Source: an uncultured Candidatus Binatia bacterium (lineage in GTDB: Bacteria > Desulfobacterota > Binatia > UBA9968 > JAJDTQ01). From it: a DNA stretch of 64,000 nt. This document shows, one piece after another, positions 1-7,409 of the stretch (position 1 is the stretch's first letter; the number at the start of each line of letters is the position of its first letter). The stretch is taken from NCBI GenBank assembly GCA_965215605.1, contig OZ244070.1:2656001-2720000 (forward strand), given 5' to 3'. The notes under the pieces are model-generated. The model was not told where the DNA came from. It made no database searches and saw only the letters and a list, made by a program, of their open reading frames with translations. The translations under genes and the position numbers were made by a program.

Positions 1-31
1 GTCGTACGCCGGCTGCTGGAAGACGGAATAG

Positions 32-1675
32 ACTTGTGAGGATCAGATCAACCGCCTCATGGAGTCGCACAAGCTGCTCCCCAACGCCAGCTACTTCGCC
101 TTTACGGCGACGCCCAAGAACAAGACCCTGGAAATCTTCGGCAACCCCGATCCCCGGGCGGACGGCACGGTCCAGCACCATGCCTTTCACAGCTACACCA
201 TGAAGCAGGCCATCCAGGAGGGCTTCATTCTGGACGTGCTGGCGCACTACACGCCGGTGAACAGCTATTACAAGCTGGCCAAGACCGTAGAGGACGACCC
301 GCAGTTCGATACACGGAAGGCGCAGAAGAAGCTCCGACGCTTTGTGGAGGGCAGCGACCACGCGATCCGTCTCAAGGCCGAGATCATGGTCGACCACTTC
401 CACGAACAGGTCCTGGCCCAGAGCAAGGTCGGCGGACAAGCCCGGGCCATGGTGGTCACCAACGGCGTCGCGCGTGCGATCCAGTACTTCCACGCCATCC
501 GCGACTACTTGCACGAGCGCAAGAGCCGGTACCAAGCCTTGGTCGCCTTCTCCGGCGATTACGAGTTGGACGATACGAAGGTGAGTGAAGCGTCGTTGAA
601 CGGCTCCCCCTCCGGCCGGATCGCCGAGCGGTTCCGGGAGGACCCCTACCGCTTCCTGGTCTGCGCCGACAAGTTTCAGACCGGATATGACGAACCGCTG
701 CTGCACACCATGTACGTGGACAAGACGCTCTCCGGCATCAAGGCGGTGCAGACCCTGTCGCGGCTCAACCGGACGCACCTCAAGAAGCACGACGTCTTTG
801 TCCTGGATTTCCTGAACGACGTCGACACCATCCGCGAGGGGTTCGCGGATTTCTATCGGGCGACGATCCTGGCTGACGAGACCGACCCCAACAAGTTGCA
901 TGACCTGCAGGCGGATCTGGATGCTGCCCAGGTGTACTCCGAGGAGCAGGTCGATGACTTCGTGAAGCGTTACCTGGGCGGGGCCGAACGCGACCAGTTG
1001 GATCCGATTCTCGACGCGTGCGTGGCGGTGTACAAGCGCGAACTCGAGGAAGATGGTCAGGTGGATTTCAAGGGCAAGGCCAAGGGCTTCGTCCGCACTT
1101 ACAGCTTTCTCTCCTGCGTCCTTCCCTACACGAACGCCGACTGGGAGAAGCGTTCGATCTTTCTGAATTTTCTGATTCCCAAGTTGCCGGCCCCCGAGGA
1201 GGACGACCTCTCGAAGGGCATCCTCGAGGCCATCGACCTGGACAGCTACCGGGCCGAGAAACAGGCGATGCAGAAGATACTGCTGCCCGACGAGGACGCC
1301 GAGATCGACCCGGTGCCCACCACCGGTGGCGGCCACGTTCCCGAGCCCGAGATGGACCGGCTCTCCAACATTGTCCGGATGTTCAACGATCAGTTCGGCA
1401 ACATTGTCTGGGAAGACGCCGACCGCGTGCGCCAACTCATCACGGAGACGATCCCCGCCCGGGTGGCCGCGGACACCGCCTTCAGGAACGCCCAGCAGAA
1501 CTCGGACAAGCAAAACGCCCGCATCGAGCACGACAAGGCTCTGGAGCGGGTCATGACCCCCCTGGTGAAAGACGACACCCAGCTCTTCAAACAATTCACG
1601 GACAACGAGAGCTTCAAGCGGTGGATGAGCGATGCCTCGTTCGAGATCGCGTACCGGCAGCCGGGTGGCGGATGA
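32..1675 (+). pseudogene. hsdR: Type I restriction enzyme R subunit, C-terminal ~60% only (5'-truncated)
   Basis: Helicase motifs III-VI are present (FAFTATP, RAMVVT, FLVCADKFQTGYDEP, VQTLSRLNR). The frame is closed upstream by TAG at 29-31, so the nuclease domain and motifs I/II are absent. First ATG is at 59. Confidence 0.8.
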
Positions 1676-1750
1676 CCAAGTATGGCGCGACATCGCTCCC
1701 TCCGCCGGGAACGATGCGGAACGCCGTGGAACACCGCGTGGGGGACGGCT

Positions 1751-2467
1751 TCAGTCCGGAGGCCCTGCCGCGGACCTCCGTTGGCGTTGACGCTCCAGGT
1801 GCTTGAGCGCTTCGCGCCGGCTCAGCGTGGAAAGCCCGGGATGCGCGTCCACGAACGCCGTCACCCATCCCGGATCGGTCTTGGAGTACTCGCGTAGCGC
1901 CCAGCCGATACCCTTGCGAAGAAAGAACTCCGGGTGGCCGATGGACGGCCGGATCGCGTCGGCGAGCAGGTTCGGGTCCGTCCCTTGCTTCGCGTGGAGT
2001 TGGGCGAGAATGGCGGTTCGCCGCTTCCAGATGTCGCCGTCCCTCGCCCACTCCCGGAGGATGGCCTTCATCGGGCGGGGATGTGCGGCGAGCATGGCCC
2101 CCACCCCGCGGCCGGCAATCGCGTCCACGTAATCCCACCAGGCCCCGGTGACCACCATCTCCTCGATCATTGGAAGGCGCGCCGGCTCGAGCCAGCTCGA
2201 ATAGCGCCGGAAGAGCAGCAGCTCGACCGCCGCGTAGCGTTCTTCGCGGTGGGCGGCGCGGCGCCAGAGGTCGAGAATGGCCGCCTCCCAGGCGTCGGCG
2301 TCCGGCAGCGGGTGCTGCGCGAACAGGGCGCCTGCGATGCGGCGGCATTGCGGCACGCCCACCCCCAGGTAGGGCATGTCCGACTTCATGTATGCCTGCT
2401 GCTGCGGTGCCCTGACCGGGTCGGCGGCATCGCGCAGGGCGACAATGACGGATTCTCGAATGTTCAT
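1751..2467 (-). CDS. DNA alkylation repair protein (AlkD-like HEAT-repeat family)
   Basis: AYMKS..YLGV.VP, REERYAA, WWDYVD, IWKRR and EFFLRKGIGWALREYSK motifs. Confidence 0.85.
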   Translation of the reverse strand: MNIRESVIVALRDAADPVRAPQQQAYMKSDMPYLGVGVPQCRRIAGALFAQHPLPDADAWEAAILDLWRRAAHREERYAAVELLLFRRYSSWLEPARLPMIEEMVVTGAWWDYVDAIAGRGVGAMLAAHPRPMKAILREWARDGDIWKRRTAILAQLHAKQGTDPNLLADAIRPSIGHPEFFLRKGIGWALREYSKTDPGWVTAFVDAHPGLSTLSRREALKHLERQRQRRSAAGPPD

Positions 2468-2488
2468 CCCCTGACCGGGTCGCCCCCT

Positions 2489-2605
2489 TCATCGCGCGCC
2501 CTTTGGCGCCCCCGCGCCGATCGCCGCCGCGATGCGCTCCCGGTGCTGGCGAAACGTCTCCGGCCAATCCGGGCGGTAGGGCACGACCACGATGGCGCGT
2601 TCCAT
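2489..2605 (-). pseudogene. GrpB/UPF0157 family N-terminal fragment
   Basis: MERAIVVVPYRPDWPETF...RIAAAIG resembles the GrpB N-terminus, but the frame stops after 38 aa, before the HIGST motif. Confidence 0.6.
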
Positions 2606-2903
2606 TACCCCGCAGATGAGCCCCGTCTCCCGCGCCGGCGCGTCACCGGGTGGTGTATCGCTCGGTTCCGTCCTCGCCCTCTCCCCGAGATCAAAGGTGG
2701 GCGGTGCAGCAAGAGTACCGCCACCCGCGCACGAGGCACGCAAGGGCCGTCCTGATTACGTACGAAGCTCATCTGGTGAGCCAGTCGGTCCCATCACCGG
2801 AGCGTAAGCGTACCGGAAGCTTGTGACCCGAAACCGGGGCGAATTCAAGCGTATCGCAGACGGCGATGCAAGGGCTGGAGGGACGGAACGATGAGAGAAA
2901 AAA

Positions 2904-2996
2904 GCTGTTTTACAGCACCTTATCGTGGCCACTCGCAACATCGCTGATTTCCAACGCGCCGGCGTTGAGCTGGTCAATCCTTGGGAGGCTTGGTGA
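2904..2996 (+). pseudogene. PIN/VapC toxin C-terminal relic
   Basis: Manual translation AVLQHLIVATRNIADFQRAGVELVNPWEAW* shows the typical VapC C-terminus (ATRN..DF...V.NPW); no N-terminal part. Confidence 0.7.
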
Positions 2997-3002
2997 CATG
3001 CT

Positions 3003-3156
3003 CGATTGCGGGGGACACGGAAGTGGAAAGCCGCGCATTCGTCCCCTCTCTCTAGCCCGTGGAGGTCGGCAATGTGCTCTTGGTCGCCACGCGGCGGGAC
3101 CGGATCCGTGTAGACGACTGGCGGGAACACGCGCAAGCCTCGAGCCATTGCCGATC
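3003..3156 (+). pseudogene. PIN/VapC toxin internal relic, paralogous to 25638-25998
   Basis: EVESRAFVPSL*PVEVGNVLLVATRRDRIRVDDW aligns with the 25.6 kb protein; TGG>TAG at 3053-3055 plus frameshifts. Confidence 0.8.
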
Positions 3157-3272
3157 AGACTTTTCCAAGACACAAAACCACGGTACGTTGTCAAGAATCC
3201 GACGCCTAACGTCGACGTTGAGTGGGCGGGTCGTTGGGCCTTGACACAGACCCTCAATGAGCGCTGATCGCC

Positions 3273-3326
3273 ATGGACAAGAAGAAGAGTCTCAGTGAAC
3301 GCGACATTTGCAGCAAGTTCATTACG
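3273..3326 (+). pseudogene. N-terminal relic of an EcoAI/EcoEI-like type I restriction R subunit
   Basis: MDKKKSLSERDICSKFIT resembles the recalled N-terminus of that HsdR subfamily; similarity stops after 18 codons. Confidence 0.6.
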
Positions 3327-3396
3327 AGGACACGCTGGACAGATCGGACTGGTCAGACCTGCTGGCGGCTCTGGCATCGAATGATGGCGGCTGGGT

Positions 3397-4317
3397 ATGG
3401 GCATTAATCTGATCATCGCCGTCACCGATGACGACTGGTTCGAGATGCTGCGGCAGCAGCCGGACCGCAGCGAGGTCAACTTCTGGGCACCCTCGGCAGC
3501 GAATTTTCGGGCGCTCCAGCCGGGTGAGTTGTTCCTGTTCAAGTTGCACGCACCGCGGAACGTGATTGTCGGCGGCGGCATCTTCGCCTATGCCAACGCG
3601 CTGCCGTGTTCGCTTGCCTGGGAAGCGTTCGGCGAGGCGAACGGCGCGCGGTCGGCGCAGGAGATGCGCACACGCATCTCAAAGTACCGAAGGGCGGAAC
3701 CGGACGACCGTAGCGACTTCGCCATCGGTTGCCGCATTCTGACCCAGCCGTTCTTCTTCGACGAGGCCGACTGGATTCCGGTACCGGAAAGCTGGTCGCC
3801 AAACATCGTCTCGTTCAAGACCTACAACACGGGCGAAGCCGAGGGACTGGCCCTGTGGGAGGCGGTCAACGACCGTATGACACGGCAGCCGTTCCCCGGC
3901 ATAGCCGAAGAGCAGGCGCGGTTCGGGGAGCCTCATCTCATCCGGCCCCGCCTCGGGCAGGGCGCATTCCGTGTGCTGGTGACCGACATTTATGGGCGGC
4001 GCTGCGCTGTCACGCAGGAGCGGACCCTGCCGGCGCTTGAGGCGGCGCATATCCGTCCCTATGGTGACGGCGGCGAACACGAGGCCCGGAACGGCCTTCT
4101 GCTGCGGCGCGACATCCACAGCCTGTTCGACGCCGGTTATGTGACGGTCACGCCCGCTCTCGACTTCGAGGTCAGCCGCCGCATCAAGGAAGAGTTTGAC
4201 AACGGCCGGGATTACTATGCCCTACACGGTCAGCGGATCAGCGCGCCACATGAAGCCACCCAGCGCCCCGATCCGGTGGCCCTTACCTGGCACAATGAGC
4301 ACTGTTTCAGGGGATGA
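3397..4317 (+). CDS. HNH endonuclease (putative restriction endonuclease) with N-terminal PUA/EVE-like domain
   Basis: C-terminal RLGQGAFR..V...Y..RCAVT, LEAAHIRPY, NGLLLRRDIHSLFDAG; N-terminal AVTD.DWF, NFW.P, GELFLFKL. Confidence 0.85.
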   Translation: MGINLIIAVTDDDWFEMLRQQPDRSEVNFWAPSAANFRALQPGELFLFKLHAPRNVIVGGGIFAYANALPCSLAWEAFGEANGARSAQEMRTRISKYRRAEPDDRSDFAIGCRILTQPFFFDEADWIPVPESWSPNIVSFKTYNTGEAEGLALWEAVNDRMTRQPFPGIAEEQARFGEPHLIRPRLGQGAFRVLVTDIYGRRCAVTQERTLPALEAAHIRPYGDGGEHEARNGLLLRRDIHSLFDAGYVTVTPALDFEVSRRIKEEFDNGRDYYALHGQRISAPHEATQRPDPVALTWHNEHCFRG

Positions 4318-4515
4318 TAGGTGATCTCGATGAGCGATAACGACTGGGACACCTTGATGCGACTAACTTCGAGGCGGGACAGGACCTCGGCCAGTTACAG
4401 GGGCTATCGAGACCCGAGGGGCAAGGGTTAGCTTCCATTGATCGGACGGACCACGGAGTTCACCGCGGCCGTGCGATTCCTCAGCTCTCTGCGCGAAAGC
4501 GCTGAGACCGGGTGC

Positions 4516-4561
4516 TCTATGCGCAGAAATGATCGCTACGCGCAGGATTTCTGCGCATAGA
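4516..4561. repeat. Perfect 15-bp inverted repeat with 16-nt spacer
   Basis: TCTATGCGCAGAAAT (4516-4530) and ATTTCTGCGCATAGA (4547-4561). Confidence 0.9.
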
Positions 4562-4685
4562 CCGCTCGGATAGAGCCGTGGCGCTTGGCGGTCCGAGGCC
4601 TCAAGGCGCTTCTTGAAGCTACTTCAACATTGCTATTCGAAGTGTTACCGGGTAGATTACCGGTGATACTGTGGAGAGGTATGCT

Positions 4686-4988
4686 ATGAGCAACACGTCC
4701 CAAAGACGCGCCATTGATCGCTACCGTGAGCGTCTCGCCGAACGCGGCATGGCCCGTTTTGAGGTGCTCGGGCTTGGGACCGACCGTGAACTGATCCGTT
4801 CGGTTGCCAAGTGCCTGGCGGAAGAGGGGCCGGATGCGGATCGACTTCGGGCTGTGGTCAACGGTTGCATCGAGGGCAAATCGCCACGGAAGGGTGGAAT
4901 CCTTCAGGCCTTGCGACGCTCCCCGCTGGTCGGGGCCAACGTCATTCCTCCCCGTCCGTTCGAGACCGGTCGTAAGGTCGACCTGTGA
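4686..4988 (+). CDS. Putative antitoxin of the downstream VapC
   Basis: Small ORF after a GGAGAGG RBS that overlaps vapC by 4 nt (GTGA); TTACCGG direct repeats just upstream. Confidence 0.7.
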   Translation: MSNTSQRRAIDRYRERLAERGMARFEVLGLGTDRELIRSVAKCLAEEGPDADRLRAVVNGCIEGKSPRKGGILQALRRSPLVGANVIPPRPFETGRKVDL

Positions 4989-5419
4989 CTGGATATCTTC
5001 TCGACACCAACATCATCAGCAACATCACCAAACCGGAGCCATCCGACTCGTTGCTGGCGTGGATGGCAGAGCAGGACGACGAAAAACTCTTCATTTCGTC
5101 GCTCACTGTCGGCGAGATCTGGCGTGGGGTGCTGCAGACGCCTGCCGGTCGCAAGCGCGACGAACTCGAAGCATGGTTCGCAGGGCCGGACGGACCGCCC
5201 GCTCTGTTCGCCGGCCGCGTGCTCCCGTTCGACCAGAAGGCAGGCGTTGTCTGGGCAAGACTCATGGCAGAGGGTCGAGCGAAGGGCCGTCCCCGTAGCG
5301 CGCTCGACACCATTGTTGCCGCCACGGCGGAGGCAAACGACTGTGTCGTGGTCACCGACAACGAGAAGGACTTCGCGGATGTCGAGATCATCAACCCGCT
5401 TCGTTTCGTGTCAAGCTGA
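4985..5419 (+). CDS. vapC: Type II TA VapC (PIN domain) toxin
   Basis: YLLDTNIIS, SSLTVGEI, D.IVAATA and VVTDNEKDF motifs. Confidence 0.9.
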   Translation: MTGYLLDTNIISNITKPEPSDSLLAWMAEQDDEKLFISSLTVGEIWRGVLQTPAGRKRDELEAWFAGPDGPPALFAGRVLPFDQKAGVVWARLMAEGRAKGRPRSALDTIVAATAEANDCVVVTDNEKDFADVEIINPLRFVSS

Positions 5420-5472
5420 GGAATGGGTTGCCGATGACGGCTTCGTGCCGCCCTCATACCAAGGCGAGAGGC

Positions 5473-5718
5473 GTGAATGTTAGTGACTTGATCGAACTGC
5501 TGAAACAGTGTCCCGCCGATCTGCGAGTTGTCGTGAACGGCTACGAAGAGGGCTACGATGACCTCTCACCGGAACAGATCTCGATCGCGAAGATCAGCCT
5601 GAACACGGGAAAACATCCTTGGGAGGGAAGGCATCGAGATCCGCGTGATGTGACGGGAAGGAGCCCTGACACCCCTGACGTAATTGACGCCCTCGTCCTT
5701 CAACGGGTGTCTCACTGA
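5473..5718 (+). CDS. Hypothetical protein
   Basis: Probable GTG start at 5473 after a GAGAGG RBS-like site; globular-looking sequence (V.DLIELL...P.D.RVVVNGYEEGYDD). Confidence 0.6.
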   Translation: MNVSDLIELLKQCPADLRVVVNGYEEGYDDLSPEQISIAKISLNTGKHPWEGRHRDPRDVTGRSPDTPDVIDALVLQRVSH

Positions 5719-5810
5719 TGTTGATCTTCCATCTGCTCGGCCCGTAACCTTTCACATAGCCGCTTACTAAACTTTCAATTGGCCGAGTTATTCCGGCCTA
5801 CGCTTGCGCC

Positions 5811-5840
5811 TTGACATTTCATGATACGGCATGAAAGATT
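5811..5840 (+). promoter_or_regulatory. Putative sigma70 promoter with palindromic operator for the antitoxin-doc operon
   Basis: TTGACA at 5811-5816; inverted repeat TTTCATG (5817-5823) / CATGAAA (5830-5836) in the spacer; the -10 match is weak; ATG at 5847. Confidence 0.55.
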
Positions 5841-5846
5841 CGAGCC

Positions 5847-6074
5847 ATGTCCAAGACTCGTGAAAAATTCGCCACCCAGGTCAATTCCGAAATCTTGGCC
5901 GTTATCCGCGCGATCGCCGAGCAGGAAGGCCGCCAGCTTCAGGTCCTCGTCGATGAGGCACTTGCCGATCTGATCGAAAAACGAAAACAGGCCCGACCCC
6001 GACCGCAGGTTATGGCTGCCTATCTCGCGAGTCATGACAAGTACGGTGAGCTCTACAAGAAGCTCGCCCAATGA
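5847..6074 (+). CDS. Antitoxin (ribbon-helix-helix-like)
   Basis: 75 aa, KFATQV...A..EGRQLQ.LVDEAL.DL; ATGA overlap with doc. Confidence 0.75.
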   Translation: MSKTREKFATQVNSEILAVIRAIAEQEGRQLQVLVDEALADLIEKRKQARPRPQVMAAYLASHDKYGELYKKLAQ

Positions 6075-6448
6075 GTGACTATCTCACGCTGGTTGAAGTC
6101 CTCGCCATTCACGCGGACCAGATCCAACGGTACGGAGGAACGGAAGGGATTCGGGATACCGGTCTTCTGGAGGCGGCACTCTATAGGCCGCAGACCGGCT
6201 ACTACGCGGATCTCATCGAGGAAGCCGCCGCGCTGTGGGAAAGCCTCCCCCAGAATCATCCATTCGTCGACGGCAACAAGCGGGTGGCCTTTGCCGCCAC
6301 TTACACGTTTCTGGCGATCAACGGAGCGCGATTGACGGCGGACCCGGCAGACGCCTACGCCTTCATCTCGGGACTGTACGAGTCCGGGACATTCCGTTTT
6401 GACGAGTTGGCGGCCTGGCTCCGGCGCCATGTCAAGGCGGATGTCTGA
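6071..6448 (+). CDS. doc: Death-on-curing (Fic/Doc) family toxin
   Basis: HPFVDGNKR Doc motif; GIRD.GLLEAAL.RP. Confidence 0.9.
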   Translation: MSDYLTLVEVLAIHADQIQRYGGTEGIRDTGLLEAALYRPQTGYYADLIEEAAALWESLPQNHPFVDGNKRVAFAATYTFLAINGARLTADPADAYAFISGLYESGTFRFDELAAWLRRHVKADV

Positions 6449-6466
6449 GGGACCGTCCGCCGCACC

Positions 6467-7399
6467 CTACAAATACCCCGCTTCCCGATAGTACCGCTCC
6501 GCCCCCGGATGCAGCGGTATGCACATCGGCCCCTCTTCCGTGTCCCGGCAAATCCGGCTCATGTCGAACCGGTCGCCGTCCACCGGCATGGTGTCTTTTC
6601 TGGCGGCGATGGCCTTGACCACCGCGTAGGCGAGGTCGTCGGGAAAGTCGGCGCGGCAGAAGAGCGGCCAGCCGCCGAACTCCAGGGCAGGAACGTCCGC
6701 GTCCAGCGCCGGGAACGCGGACTTGGGAATCGCCGATCTACGAAAACCCAATTGCTCCATTTCGGCGAAGACCGCCGGCTGCAACGGCAGGAGGACCATG
6801 TCCCGGGCCAGGGCCTCGGCGGTCCAGCCGGTGATGCCCTCGTCGAACACGGCGTCGTAGGCGCCTTGCCTGATGCCCTCCATGCGCCGCGGGTTGGCGG
6901 GGACGGGCACCTGGTCCACTGTGCCGCCCCATTGATCCACGTCCTCGAGGCTCCAGCCGCAAAGACTCAGGATCCGCCGGATGGTGAACTCCGTGGTTCC
7001 CTCGGGGCCCTGGCCCCGGGTCGACAGCCTGAGCGGCAGTTTCTTCTCGCCGACCTCCTCGAGGGTGCGCACGCCCAGGTCCTTCCTGACCGCGAAGGCG
7101 ATCTTGTCCCAGGAGGGGAAGACGGCGAGATTCCGGATGTCGATCTTCTCCGAATAGGGAGCCAGCCCGTTCAACGCCATGCGGGTCACCGGCGAAGGGT
7201 TGAGGAATGCCAGGTCCGCCTTTCCCTCGGCCAGCAGCCGCGGCGCCTCGAACCCGCCGAGGCGGCTGTTGCCGACGCCGTACGAGACGAGGATCTCCGA
7301 GCCGTCGGGCAGGTTCCGCTCCGCGAGCCCCAAGGCGATTCCGAAGGCCTCGCCGGCGCGTAGGGTCATGGTTACGGTGATCCTGATGGTCGTTGCCAT
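6467..7399 (-). CDS. TAXI-family (TRAP) solute-binding-like protein lacking a signal peptide
   Basis: C-terminal R.D.PDDLAYAVVKAI and IPLHPGAERYYREAGYL TAXI signature; no hydrophobic N-terminal signal. Confidence 0.7.
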   Translation of the reverse strand: MATTIRITVTMTLRAGEAFGIALGLAERNLPDGSEILVSYGVGNSRLGGFEAPRLLAEGKADLAFLNPSPVTRMALNGLAPYSEKIDIRNLAVFPSWDKIAFAVRKDLGVRTLEEVGEKKLPLRLSTRGQGPEGTTEFTIRRILSLCGWSLEDVDQWGGTVDQVPVPANPRRMEGIRQGAYDAVFDEGITGWTAEALARDMVLLPLQPAVFAEMEQLGFRRSAIPKSAFPALDADVPALEFGGWPLFCRADFPDDLAYAVVKAIAARKDTMPVDGDRFDMSRICRDTEEGPMCIPLHPGAERYYREAGYL

Positions 7400-7409
7400 C
7401 GAGGTTCCG

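Noticed and set aside
1-6460. Intact prophage, IS or integron explaining the defence patch
   Set aside because: No transposase, integrase or phage gene and no target-site duplication is visible in the window
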